Shown here: piece by piece, positions 18,901 to 29,276 of the stretch | Layout: each line of letters begins with the position of its first letter | How positions within the stretch are numbered: position 1 is the stretch's first letter | Assembly (NCBI GenBank): GCA_964252075.1 | Contig: CAXULY010000019.1 | Coordinates: 1 to 64,000, forward strand | DNA: 64,000 nucleotides | Origin: an uncultured Deinococcaceae bacterium | GTDB lineage: Bacteria; Deinococcota; Deinococci; Deinococcales; Deinococcaceae | Reading direction: 5' to 3' | Made by a program: the position numbers and the translations under genes | The notes under the pieces: model-generated | Told to the model about the DNA's origin: nothing | Database searches by the model: none | Seen by the model: only the letters and a program-made list of their open reading frames with translations

Positions 18901-19248
18901 GCTGGCGGAACGACCAGCGCCGTTCCTGCGGCCACCCTGGAAAGGGTGGGCCGCGGGATGGAGGTGCGTTGGGCGCCCACAGGTGAGGGGACGAACGAGA
19001 CGCATGGCGGGCCGCTGCGCGGCTCAGGCAGTGGAGCGCCCGGCGCCCTGGCGGTCCGATCTGCCCGGCCAGGAGCGTGGTGCTTGACGCGCAGGGTGGG
19101 CCAGCCCCAGTTCCCTACAGGCCCACGCCCGGCAGGGCAAAGCCGGACGGGGGGCGGCCCGTCAGGCCCCTCGCGCACCAGCGACCGGGCGCGTGGCTGA
19201 GCTGAACCGACGCTTCCGTGCTCCTGGCGGCGTCCGACCGTGCGGCGC

Positions 19249-22200
19249 CTAACGGCGCGGCCCTTGCTGCAGGTACGTCAGCAGGTGCGCCTCGGTGAGG
19301 GGCGGGCTGAAGTGATAGCCCTGTCCGTACTGCACGCCCAGCGTGCCGAGTACCGCCGCCGCTTCCGGCGTTTCGATGCCTTCCGCGACGGTGGACATGC
19401 GCAGGCCACGCGCGAGGCCCACAATGGCCTGCAGCAGGTGCGGGCACGCTTCGCGGTTCAGGTCCCGCACGAAAGACCGGTCGATTTTCAAGACGTCCAG
19501 CGGCAGGCGCGTCAGGTACGCCAGGTTGGCGTACCCCGTCCCGAAGTCATCCAGCGCGAGCCGCACGCCCAGGGCCTTCAGGGCGGCCATGCGGGCGGCG
19601 GATTCCTCAGGGTGGGCCATCACGACCCCTTCGGTCAGTTCCAGTTCCAGCTGGCCGGCGGTGAGTCCCGAGTCGCGCAGGACGTCTTTGATGGTGGCCG
19701 TGAAACTGGGGTGCTCGAACTGCAGGGCGGACACGTTCACCGCCACGCACTGCAGCGGCGTGCCGGCGCGCCGCCACGCCGCGAGTTGCCGGCAGGCGGC
19801 GCGCAGCACCCACGCGCTGAGGGGCACGATCAGCCCGGTGTCCTCGGCGAGCGGAATGAACTCACTGGGCGGCACCAGGCCGAACTGCGGGTGGTGCCAG
19901 CGCAGCAGCGCCTCGACGCTCAGGACACGCCCGTCGGTCAGGTTCACCTGCGGCTGGTACTGCAGTGTCAGTTCCTGCCGGTCGATGGCGTGACGCAGCT
20001 GCGTGGCGAGCTGCAGGCGCAGCAGGGCCTTGTGGTTCATGGCGGGGGTGAACACCGCGAAGCCCGTCTTGTGGCGCTTGGCGTGGTACAGGGCGACGTC
20101 CGCGTGCTGCTGGAGGGTCTCCGCGTCCCCGCCGTCCGGGGGGGAGAGGCTGATGCCGATGGACACATCCACGTACAGTTCATGCCCGTGCACCTGCATC
20201 GGGACGCGGCTCGCGTCGAGAATCCGGCGGGCGAGGCGCACCGCGTCCCCTTCGGCCGCGTCCGGCAGGATGATGGTGAACTCATCCCCACCCATCCGCG
20301 CGAGGATGCTGACGTCACCGACGCAGGCCGTGAGGCGCCGCGCGAACAGGCGCAGCACCGCGTCACCCGCCTGGTGGCCGAGCGTGTCGTTCACCGCCTT
20401 GAAGTTGTCGAGGTCCAGAAACAGCAGCGCAGCACCCCGCGGGCGCCCCTGCGGGCCCTGCAGCGCGCGACCCAGGCCCTCGAGGCAGAAACTGCGGTTG
20501 GGCAGGCCGGTGAGGGCGTCGCTCTGCGCCTGGCGCAGCAGCCGCTCGGCGAGCTGGTGCCGCTCCACCGCGATGCTGGCCAGCTGGCAAGCCTGGTGCA
20601 GCAGGTGCACCGCCTCAGCGGGCAGCGGGCCCATCTCGGGTCGGTACAGCCGCACCACCCCCTGCTCGGCGCCCTGAGGGTCGTGGATGGGCAGCGCGGC
20701 GCTCACGTGAAGGCCATGATCCAGCAGAACGGCGGGCGGGAGGCTGGCGCGTGGATCCTGCGCGCCGTCCGTCCGCTGCACAGGTGGACCCGGGTGGCCC
20801 GCGGGGCCGATGAGCCCGCCGCGCGCGTTCACGGCGGTGTCCCACAGGGGCGCGGTGGAGCCGGGCGCCGCGCTGGGCTTCAGCGCGCCTTGGTGATGCA
20901 GCAGCACGGCGCAGCGCGCGCCGGGCAGCTGGTGTTCCACCAGCTGACAGATCGCCGCGTTGATCTCTGTCAGGGGCGTCTGGCGGGCGATCATCTCCAG
21001 GATGGCGTGGCGGTCCGCGGCGCGCTGCTCATCCGCTTTGCGCGCGTTGATGTCCTGGAAGTACACCGTCAGCCCATCGGGGGTGGGGTAGGCGCGCACG
21101 TCGAACCACGTCGCGAACGGCGCGTAGTGCACCTCGAACTGCACGGTGCGGCGCTCCTGGCGCGCGAGGTGGTAGTGCTCGTCGAAGACCGTCCCGACGA
21201 TGTCCGGGAAGACGTCCCAGAGGCGGCTGTTCAGCAACTCCGCTGCGGGGCGCTGCAGCAGCGCGCACGCCTGCGCGTTCACATACGTGAACCGCCACGC
21301 GTCATCCAGCGCGAAAAACGCATCGCTGATGCTCTCCAGAATCGCGACGCGGTCCTCCTGCAGGCGCTGGCGTTCCGTGAGGTCGGTCACGACCACCAGG
21401 ATGCGGGTGATGGCGCCGGCGGCGTCTCGCACCGGCACGCTCGACACCTCCACCGTCAGGGGTGCGCCGTCCGCCCGGCACAAGCGCAGCGCGTACCGGT
21501 CCCTCAACCCACGCTGGCGTCGCTCCAGGCCCCGCAGGGCCTCCGGGCGGTCCTCGGGGTGCACCCAGTCGAGCACCGGACGGCCGATCAGCGCCTCCAC
21601 CGGCAGGCCGAGCAGCTCAGCGGTGCGGTCATTCGCGAAGGTGACGCGCAGGTGCAGGTCCAGGACGAGCACACCTTCTTGCATGCTGTCCACCAGCGCG
21701 CGGTGCCGCGCGACCTGTTCCTGCAGCGCCGCCTCCACCGCCTTGCGCGGCTGGATGTCCCGCACGAACAACGCGAGGCCTTCCGGGTGCGGGTGCGTCC
21801 GCACCTCCACCCAGGCATCCCACCCGGGGAGGACCGCCTCGAACGCCGTCGGGCGCTGCGCCTGCAGGGCGCGCAGGCAGCGCCGCTGCAGGTCACTGCC
21901 GGGCAGGTCCGGCAGGACGGTCCAAAGGTTCTGCCCGGGGGTGGGCGCGGGCAGCCCGAGCTGCCGCACCGCGCGGATGGCGCGGGCGTTCATGGTGAGG
22001 AGGCGCCACCCGACGTCCACCGTGAGGTGCGCGTCGGTGAGGCGCTCCAGCACCTCCCGCTGCGTGAAGGCGTGGGCGGTGACGTCCCGCTGGACGATCA
22101 GGACGTGCGCCCCGTCCGTGTGCACGGGCGTGACGCTCAGCTCGAACGCACGCGCCAGCGTGGGCACCGCGCAGTGGAAGTCGGGCGTGGCGCCCGCGAG

Positions 22201-22434
22201 CACCGCCCGGATGCCCGCCGCCAACTGCTGCGCGACGTCCGTCCCCGCCGCGTCGCACGCAGCGAGGTACTGGAGGCCCACCGCCGGTCGCGGCAGGTCC
22301 AGGGCGGCCTCGTCGCGCGGCGCGGCACCGGCGCGGTTGACCAGCACGACGGTGCCGGTGGCGTCCAGCAGCGCGACGGCGTCGGGAAGTTCATCCAGGA
22401 CGCCGCGCAGCAGTCCGGCGGGCAGATCGTTCAT
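19249..22434 (-). CDS. Multi-PAS/GAF diguanylate cyclase-phosphodiesterase (GGDEF-EAL)
   Basis: DALTGLPNR, DLDNFKAVNDTLGH, RMGGDEF, YQPQV, EALLRW, LDDFGTGY, LKIDRSF, AEGIET, GQGYHFSPP; several PAS repeats. Confidence 0.95.
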   Translation of the reverse strand: MNDLPAGLLRGVLDELPDAVALLDATGTVVLVNRAGAAPRDEAALDLPRPAVGLQYLAACDAAGTDVAQQLAAGIRAVLAGATPDFHCAVPTLARAFELSVTPVHTDGAHVLIVQRDVTAHAFTQREVLERLTDAHLTVDVGWRLLTMNARAIRAVRQLGLPAPTPGQNLWTVLPDLPGSDLQRRCLRALQAQRPTAFEAVLPGWDAWVEVRTHPHPEGLALFVRDIQPRKAVEAALQEQVARHRALVDSMQEGVLVLDLHLRVTFANDRTAELLGLPVEALIGRPVLDWVHPEDRPEALRGLERRQRGLRDRYALRLCRADGAPLTVEVSSVPVRDAAGAITRILVVVTDLTERQRLQEDRVAILESISDAFFALDDAWRFTYVNAQACALLQRPAAELLNSRLWDVFPDIVGTVFDEHYHLARQERRTVQFEVHYAPFATWFDVRAYPTPDGLTVYFQDINARKADEQRAADRHAILEMIARQTPLTEINAAICQLVEHQLPGARCAVLLHHQGALKPSAAPGSTAPLWDTAVNARGGLIGPAGHPGPPVQRTDGAQDPRASLPPAVLLDHGLHVSAALPIHDPQGAEQGVVRLYRPEMGPLPAEAVHLLHQACQLASIAVERHQLAERLLRQAQSDALTGLPNRSFCLEGLGRALQGPQGRPRGAALLFLDLDNFKAVNDTLGHQAGDAVLRLFARRLTACVGDVSILARMGGDEFTIILPDAAEGDAVRLARRILDASRVPMQVHGHELYVDVSIGISLSPPDGGDAETLQQHADVALYHAKRHKTGFAVFTPAMNHKALLRLQLATQLRHAIDRQELTLQYQPQVNLTDGRVLSVEALLRWHHPQFGLVPPSEFIPLAEDTGLIVPLSAWVLRAACRQLAAWRRAGTPLQCVAVNVSALQFEHPSFTATIKDVLRDSGLTAGQLELELTEGVVMAHPEESAARMAALKALGVRLALDDFGTGYANLAYLTRLPLDVLKIDRSFVRDLNREACPHLLQAIVGLARGLRMSTVAEGIETPEAAAVLGTLGVQYGQGYHFSPPLTEAHLLTYLQQGPRR

Positions 22435-23879
22435 GACGCCGGACATCCAGGCGCGCGCTCCCCGGCGCGGAGGGCGCGGCCTGGACGGGGCGGCGCCAGG
22501 AGCGGTGCGGTGCGGGCAGGTCGGGCCTTCTGACGCCGCTCGCCTCGGGCGGGGTGCTGAGGCCGGGCCACAACCGCCCCTCGGGCACGTTCGTGCTGGC
22601 CTGCGGCGGGCAGGCTGGGGCGCGGCGAGGGGAAGACGCTCATCCGGCATGCGAACCCGTGCACGGGGGCGAGGGGTGCCGCACCACCCAGGGGAGGCGG
22701 TTCATCGTGGCGGGACGCCGCGGCGTCCATCCTGTGGCTCAACCGCCGTTGCCCGCGCAGGTCAGCCGCGACGGCCGTCCAGGTCGTGGTGCGGACGCCC
22801 AGCACCTGCGTGATTTCAGCGTGGTCGCGGCCGACAGATCTGCCGGGCCGCGCCGTCAGGCGCTGGGCATCCCGATGGTCCAGCCTGCGGTCGACGCGGG
22901 CACCGTTGACCCTGCACGGCGCTGCCGGCACGTCCTGCCGCCACGGGAACGGAGCGACGTCGACGTTCCCGTCGGCGCTGCGGACGTGCCGGGCGGTCAC
23001 TGGGGGTCGGTGACCCGTCCGGGGTTGGATGGGTGTGACGTGGACAGGCCAGGGGTGAAGCCAGGCGCGAAACGGGTCAACGACGTGGGCGCGCTCGAAC
23101 ATCTCGGTCATGGTGCGTGTTCCACAAAGGGCGCGGGTGCGGGAACGCAGTCCGCGGCCGAGGCGTGTGGAAGGCCGGGGTGCGCGCCTCAGCACGCGGA
23201 GCGCCTCCATGGGTTGGCCGCCTGAGGCCTTCGTGCAGCACGTGCATGGATGGGCGCGCAGCAAGGCGGAACTTCTTTTGTCGAGCGCGACCCCCGTGAG
23301 GCGGCCAGGCCCGGCGCGTGGATGAGCTTGGGGTGGGGATGGGCATGCGCACACTTCCTGAACAGGGTGTGACCACGAAGCCAGGAGGGGTGTGCCTGGT
23401 GGTCTTTGGCCGGTCGCACCACTGGCTCGGCGCGCTGCAGGTGCCCGGGTGAAGCAGCGCGCGTCATCGCGTCCAAAGCAATGAATTGTGGGCTCCACAT
23501 TAAAGCAGATGAGGGAGTGGCGCAAGTGAACTTGTCCTGGCGCGTCATCCGTTCGTCCTGCCGGCGCGCGAGGCGTTCAGTGATGACCCGGGGGGCGGTG
23601 GGTCAAGTGGCCGTAAAGCCCTCATCACCGCGCCAGCGGACGTGCGGCGCCTTCACCGTCTTGCCGCGACACCTCGCGATCCCCGGACCCTGCATGAAAA
23701 TCAGCGAGGTGACTGATCACCCCGCCGGGTGCGCGAGCCCACACCCCTGTGGGCGTCACCCGCGGCCCCACAGAGGCGAGACGCGCGCCCCTTGTCATGC
23801 ACCTGAAGCGCCGAGGCCGGGGCGCAGCGGGCCAGAGACCGACACGGCGTCCCCTGGTCGGCACGCCAGAGGCGCACGT

Positions 23880-24530
23880 CCTGAGAAGGCAGGCATCCAC
23901 TTCGCCTCCTCGCACGTCTGGACGCCCCAGGTCCGGTCTGTCGCCGATGGGCATGAGGAACGGCGCTGGGTGGCTGAAGTGGAGGGCGGACCGTTCGGAT
24001 CAGGGCGTCCAGTGCGCCTCGTGGTGGTGACCACCGATCCGGTGAAGCGGCCCGCCTCGACGACCGAGGCCCTGATCGCCAACGTGCGCTGTGGCGAGGA
24101 GGATTAAACGCAGAGACAGGTCCAGTCGGCCCCTGCTTCTCCCCAGGAGATCGCCTTGCTGTACGCCCGTCGGGTGGTGATGGAGCAGGCGGACCGGGAG
24201 GTGAAGCAGGACCTGGGGTGGGCGCAGGATCAGGTGCGGTCGGATGTGGCGATCCGACGGCATTGGGCGCTGGTCTGCGCGGCGTTCTGCATTTTGTGGT
24301 GGTCCGAAGCGCAGCAGCACGACGGGCAAGCCACGCGGGGAAAACAGGTGGCCGAGGCGCCCGTGCGGTCTTGGAGCGCCTTGTTGCGAGAGGTGCGCGC
24401 CTGGCTGGAGCCGTTCGTGCTGTTGTGGCGGGTGTTGCGGACTTTGGGTGAGGTGCGTCCGCCCAGGGTCCTGCGGGGGGTGCTGAAGCGTTGCCGAGCG
24501 GGGGTGCCGATGTGGACATTCGCGACTTGA
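23880..24530 (+). mobile_element. Degenerate IS701-like transposase C-terminal remnant
   Basis: RWVAEVEGGPFG...RLVVVTTDP, then LYARRVVMEQADREVKQDLGWAQDQVRSDVAIRRHWALVCAAF...SWSALLREVRAWLEP; interrupted; boundaries approximate. Confidence 0.75.
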
Positions 24531-24677
24531 TGCGGAGCAAACCGTGCAGCACGTACTTCGTTACACCACCCAACGGACGACCAATAGAGGTTTAAACAAT
24601 GTCCTGCACACCAGGGGTAGGTAAGGGCATGCGATTGCCCTTTTGAAGGCAGAGGGGGACGCCAGGCCGAACGGTGC

Positions 24678-25472
24678 TCAGCGTTCCTCGCCGCGGTGCA
24701 GGGCGCGGGCGTAGCGGGCGCGCTGGTCGCGCAACCACGCGTCGTAGTTGTCCTCCGTCTGCCCCAGGTGCATGTTGCGCAGCACAGGGTGCGCGTGCCC
24801 CCGGCGGTCCAGTTCGCGAACCGTCAGTTCGTTCAGAGACTGCACGACGGTCAGCGCGCCGATGGAGGACAGCGGGCAGATGGCGTAGTGGCCCGTCCCC
24901 CCGTCCACGGTGGTGCTGAGGTCCCCCACCGGCATGCCGTTGTCGAGAAAGTACCCGCGCCGCGCGCCCTCGATCACGTGCGACAGGTTCATGCCACTGC
25001 TGTGCTTGGGAGGGGCGGTGCGGGATTGCTCCGCGCAGGCGATCACCACCAGCACGTGGTCCGGGTGCCGCCGCTGCACCTCCAGCGCCAGGTCCACCGC
25101 GGCGGGCGTGGTGCCGGTCGCGGAGATCACCAGGAACACGTCCTGGGGGCCCACGTCGAACTCGTCGAGGAGGCTCGTGGAGAGGCCCTCCACCTTCTCC
25201 ATGCGCTGGTTCACGCGAATGCCGCGCATGCCGACCACCCCGTCGAAGGTCGCGAGGCCCGGCGTGAGGAGCGGGTGGAAGCCCGTGAGGGCGCCCATCC
25301 GCACCACCATCTCCTCGACCGCGATGCGCGAGTGGCCGTTGGCGTACACGTGCACGAGGCCGCCCGCTTGCAGGGCGTCGGCGTAGTGCCGCGCGACCGC
25401 CTCCAGGGTCGCTTCCTGCTTCAGGATGGCGTCGCGGACGCGGTCGAGCTGGTGGGGGAAGGTCAGGGTCAT
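24678..25472 (-). CDS. SIS-domain sugar-phosphate isomerase-like protein
   Basis: VHVYANGHS, DVFLVISATG, LDNGMPVGD. Confidence 0.85.
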   Translation of the reverse strand: MTLTFPHQLDRVRDAILKQEATLEAVARHYADALQAGGLVHVYANGHSRIAVEEMVVRMGALTGFHPLLTPGLATFDGVVGMRGIRVNQRMEKVEGLSTSLLDEFDVGPQDVFLVISATGTTPAAVDLALEVQRRHPDHVLVVIACAEQSRTAPPKHSSGMNLSHVIEGARRGYFLDNGMPVGDLSTTVDGGTGHYAICPLSSIGALTVVQSLNELTVRELDRRGHAHPVLRNMHLGQTEDNYDAWLRDQRARYARALHRGEER

Positions 25473-26107
25473 GCGGGCTCCTTCTCCAGGCAGGCGGTGA
25501 CGAGGGCGTGGGCGCGCGCGGTGAGCTCATCGAAGCGTCCCGCGCGGAGCACGTCCGCTGGGGTGAGGCTGCTCCCCACGCCCACCGCCACCGCGCCGGC
25601 ATGCAGGAGCGCCCCTGCGTTCCCAACGTCCACGCCACCCACGGCGATCACAGGCACGTGCCGAAGGGGCGCGAGCACGTCCCGCAGGTACGCCGGGCCG
25701 CCGACGCGCGCGACGGGGAAGACCTTCACGGCGGTCGCGCCCGCCTGGTGGGCGCGCAGGATCTCCGTGGGCGTGAGCGCCCCGGGGAACACCGGCACGT
25801 CCCCCTCGCGCGCCACGTCGATGATGGCCTCGTCGGTGTGGGGGCTGATCAGGTACTCCGCGCCCGCCAGCAGCGCGTCGCGCGCGGCCGCGGCGTCCAG
25901 CACGGTGCCCGCACCGACGCGCAGGTCCGCCCCGAACCGCGCGCGCCACCGCGCAATGGTGGAGAGCGCCGCCTCACTCGTGAGCGTCACCTCGATGGCG
26001 TGCACGCCGCCCGCCATGAGCGCGAGCGCCACCTCATCCAACGCCTTCGGGGGGACACCCCGGAGGATGGCGATCACCGGGTGCTCGCGCAGTTCGAAGC
26101 GCGTCAC
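25469..26107 (-). CDS. KDPG/KHG-type class I aldolase (Eda family)
   Basis: VIAILRG, IEVTL, VGAGTVL, PGALTPTEI, VKVFP, AVGGV; GTGA overlap start. Confidence 0.92.
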   Translation of the reverse strand: MTRFELREHPVIAILRGVPPKALDEVALALMAGGVHAIEVTLTSEAALSTIARWRARFGADLRVGAGTVLDAAAARDALLAGAEYLISPHTDEAIIDVAREGDVPVFPGALTPTEILRAHQAGATAVKVFPVARVGGPAYLRDVLAPLRHVPVIAVGGVDVGNAGALLHAGAVAVGVGSSLTPADVLRAGRFDELTARAHALVTACLEKEPA

Positions 26108-27081
26108 GCGACACCGTCGGTGAAGCCCAGCCAGCGCGCGGGGTTCACCGTCCAGATGGCGTGCCGTTCCGCGTCCGAGAAGCCCTCCGCGCGCAGGCGC
26201 GGGTCGAAGCCCGCGAGGATGTACGCGAGGCCCGGCCCACCGCCGTACGCCGTCCAGTAGGACCGGCGCGCGGTGTCCCCGCCCAGCAGCAGGCGGTCCC
26301 CGTGCCCAGCGTCGGTCAGGTCGCGCATCAGGCGGATCAGCACGCGCTCCGGCTGGTACTTGATGCGCCCGGGCGTGTCGTACTCCAGGAACGCGCCGCG
26401 CGCCGCGAGCCGCGCGTGGACGTACACGTCCGGGTTGCGGTCCATGTGGCACAACATCACCCGGTCCGCGGGAACGCCCGCGTCGACGAGCAGGTCGAGG
26501 AGCGCGTCGGCCGCCGTGCCCATCTCGGTGTGCACCAGGATGGGACAGTTCGTCGCCCGGTGCGCCTCCCCAGCCGCCTGGATGAGTTTGCGGGTGACGG
26601 GCTTCACCACCTGGTAGTCCCCGGCGACCTTCACGAAGCCCGCCTTGACGGGACTGCGCTGCACGATGGGCGTGTCGTACCCGTTGAGGTCCGCGCCCTC
26701 GGTGAGTTCCGCGATCAGGAGGTCCGCGATGATGCGCGCGTCGAAGCGGTGCTGCCAGTGGTCCGGGAGGTAGTAACTGCTCTTCTGGAAGCCGGTGGGC
26801 ACCAGCACTGGGACGCCCGTCGCCTCGCTGATCAAGGTGAGCTTCGCGACGTTGCGCCCGCAGCCGAAGGGCATGGTGTCCACGATCAACCCGCCGCCCG
26901 CCGCCTTCCAGGTGAGGACCTCCTCGATCCCCTTCTCGACGCTGTCCAGGCGGAAGTCCGGCTCCTTGACCACGGTGTACCCGCCGTCGATGATCAGGTG
27001 CTCGTGCGCGTTCACCTTGCCCAGGCGGTCACGGGTGAGGGGGCCGAGGGTGGTCTCGACCGCCGTGACGGGCGCACTCAC
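26104..27081 (-). CDS. Phosphotriesterase-family amidohydrolase (putative lactonase)
   Basis: AHEHL, GCGRN, PTGF, GFVKVA, LVHT, LCHMDR, LGGDT, NPARWL. Confidence 0.9.
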   Translation of the reverse strand: MSAPVTAVETTLGPLTRDRLGKVNAHEHLIIDGGYTVVKEPDFRLDSVEKGIEEVLTWKAAGGGLIVDTMPFGCGRNVAKLTLISEATGVPVLVPTGFQKSSYYLPDHWQHRFDARIIADLLIAELTEGADLNGYDTPIVQRSPVKAGFVKVAGDYQVVKPVTRKLIQAAGEAHRATNCPILVHTEMGTAADALLDLLVDAGVPADRVMLCHMDRNPDVYVHARLAARGAFLEYDTPGRIKYQPERVLIRLMRDLTDAGHGDRLLLGGDTARRSYWTAYGGGPGLAYILAGFDPRLRAEGFSDAERHAIWTVNPARWLGFTDGVA

Positions 27082-28397
27082 GCCTCCACCCCATCCAGCG
27101 CGCCGAAGCGCGCGCCGTCCTGAAGCAGCCGCGCCTGCAACGCCCCCACCTCCAGTTCGTGCGGTTGGGTGTCCGCCTGCACGCTCAGCGCGGCGGCGGT
27201 GCCGGCCGCCTGGCCCATCGTCATGGTCTGCGCCATGCTGCGGCAACTGGCGTGCGCGTCGTGCGTGGCGGAGAAGCAGCGCCCCGCGACGAGCAACCCC
27301 CGCACCTCGCGCGGCACCAGGGTGCGGTAAGGGATGTCGTAGGTGTCGCCCTCCGGCACGTACACCCAGGTGGTGTCGCTGCCGGCGTGGTGGTCCTCGA
27401 TGGGCGCGCCGCACGCGCCGATGGCGTCGTCGAACTTCCGCGCGGTGAGGCAGTCCTCGCGGGTGAGGCGGTACGCGCCGTACACGCGCCGCGTCTCCCG
27501 CACGCCGATGGGAGTGGAGAGCCACGAGAGCTGCGCCGCCTCAAAGCCCGGGACGTGGTCGCGCAGGAAGCGGGCGTACTCCAGCGCCTGGTCGCGGCCG
27601 TCCATTTCCGCGCGGGTGAGCGCGACGGGGTCGGTGCCGTCCACGTCCGCGACGCGCGTCATGATGGTGTGGATCACGCCGCGCTGCGTGGTGACGTGCC
27701 AGCTGCCCTCGCGCCGCGGCAGTCGGTACCGCCCGGACTCGGCCGCTTCGGTCATCTTCGCCCACAGCTCCTTCTTCCCGAAGGCGCGGGCGCGCTCCAC
27801 ATCCACGTTCACCATGCGGAACGTCGTGGACAGCGTCTGCGCCGGGTCGATGTCCCCCGCGCGCTCATACGGCGCGCCGGCGCGGGCGCACACGTCCGCG
27901 TCTCCCGTGCAGTCCACGACCACGCGGGCGTTGAGGTGCAGCAGGCCGCGTTTGCCGTCCACGATCACGCCCGCGAGGCGGTCGCCGTCCATCACGACGT
28001 CCGTGCAGAACGCGTGCAGCAACACCTGCACGCCCGCGGCCTGTGCGAGGCGCTCCCACACCACCTTCAGGAGCTCCGGGTCGTACGTGACGCCGGTGCC
28101 CGCCCCAAACGTGTTGGGCCGCTCGAAGGCCGCCCCGAACGCCTGGAGTTCCCGCACCACGTCGTCGGGAATGCCCCCCACGACTTTCTTGGGGTGCGCG
28201 CCGGGTGTGTAGTACCCGTAGAAGGTGTCGAGCACCTGGGTGCTGGTCCCGCCGAGGAACCCGAAGCGTTCCACGAGGACGGTCCGCGCGCCGGTGCGGG
28301 CGCTGGCGATGGCGGCGCTCGCACCGGCGGAACCGCTGCCGACGACGATCACGTCGGCGTCCAGCAGGGTGGGGATGTGGCGGGTGTAGGTGATCAT
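27078..28397 (-). CDS. FAD-dependent oxidoreductase (FAD_oxidored type)
   Basis: VVGSGSAG, LVERFGFLGG, VDCTGDAD, GVRETRR, YDIPYRTLVP, LLVAGRC, GQAAGTAAA. Confidence 0.9.
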   Translation of the reverse strand: MITYTRHIPTLLDADVIVVGSGSAGASAAIASARTGARTVLVERFGFLGGTSTQVLDTFYGYYTPGAHPKKVVGGIPDDVVRELQAFGAAFERPNTFGAGTGVTYDPELLKVVWERLAQAAGVQVLLHAFCTDVVMDGDRLAGVIVDGKRGLLHLNARVVVDCTGDADVCARAGAPYERAGDIDPAQTLSTTFRMVNVDVERARAFGKKELWAKMTEAAESGRYRLPRREGSWHVTTQRGVIHTIMTRVADVDGTDPVALTRAEMDGRDQALEYARFLRDHVPGFEAAQLSWLSTPIGVRETRRVYGAYRLTREDCLTARKFDDAIGACGAPIEDHHAGSDTTWVYVPEGDTYDIPYRTLVPREVRGLLVAGRCFSATHDAHASCRSMAQTMTMGQAAGTAAALSVQADTQPHELEVGALQARLLQDGARFGALDGVEA

Positions 28398-28511
28398 CCG
28401 GGCGGACGCTCCTTTGCACAGCGGACCGCGCGTCATCGGCGTGGCTCCGGGGAGGGGCTCAAAGCGGGAGGGTGAGGCCGTGGGGGTGGCGGACGGAGGT
28501 CCGGCGCGCGG

Positions 28512-29276
28512 TCACTGCGCGGTCCACCCCCCGTCCACGGGCAGCACCACGCCCGTGATGAAGCGCGCCGCGTCCGAGGCGAGGAACACCGCGGCCTCCG
28601 CCACGTCCATCGGGTCACCCAGCGCGCCCAGCGGCTGCCAGCGCGCGAGCTGCGCGAGCTGTTCAGGGTCGGCTTTGCTGCGCCGCGCCATGCGCGTGTC
28701 GATGAGGCCGGGGGCGATGCTGTTCGCGCGGACGCCGTCCCGGGCGTAGTGCGCGGCGATGGCGCGGGTGAGGCCGATGATGCCGGCCTTGCTGGTGGCG
28801 TAGGCGTGCGCGTCGAACAGGCCCTGCGTGCCCACCAGGCCCAACACGCTGGACAGCGTGACGACGCTGCCCCGGGTGGCGATCAGGTGGGGGAGGGCGT
28901 GTTTGCACGACAGGAACGTGCCGCGCAGGTTCACGGCCATCACGGCCTCCCAGGCGTCGAGCGTGCAGGTGTGCGTGGGGCCGTCCCCCAGGGCGCGCGC
29001 GCCGATGCCGGCGTTTGCGATCAGGGTGTCGAGCCGCCCGAAGGCCGTCAGGGTGTGCGCGATCATGCCCTCGACCTGCGCTTCGACGCTCACGTCGACC
29101 TGCACGAAGGTCACGCCCCCCCCCTCCCGCGCGATCGTTTCGGCGGCGGCCGCGCCGTCCGCTCGGAGGTCGGCGAGCACCACGCGGGCGCCCTCGCGCG
29201 CGCAGGTCCGCGCGATCGCGAGGCCGATGCCGTCTGCGGCGCCCGTCACGAGGCACACCTGCCCGGCGAGCCTCAC
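28512..29276 (-). CDS. Short-chain dehydrogenase/reductase
   Basis: TGAADGIG, NAG, YATSK, NSIAPG, VDGG. Confidence 0.93.
   Translation of the reverse strand: MRLAGQVCLVTGAADGIGLAIARTCAREGARVVLADLRADGAAAAETIAREGGGVTFVQVDVSVEAQVEGMIAHTLTAFGRLDTLIANAGIGARALGDGPTHTCTLDAWEAVMAVNLRGTFLSCKHALPHLIATRGSVVTLSSVLGLVGTQGLFDAHAYATSKAGIIGLTRAIAAHYARDGVRANSIAPGLIDTRMARRSKADPEQLAQLARWQPLGALGDPMDVAEAAVFLASDAARFITGVVLPVDGGWTAQ

Noticed and set aside
19240..22533. 1097-aa + strand ORF
   Set aside because: Antisense shadow of the GGDEF-EAL gene in GC-rich DNA; no motifs.
22600..23500. Possible gene on the minus strand (MTEMFERAHVVDPF...)
   Set aside because: May be a heavily decayed remnant, but no motif could be identified with confidence.
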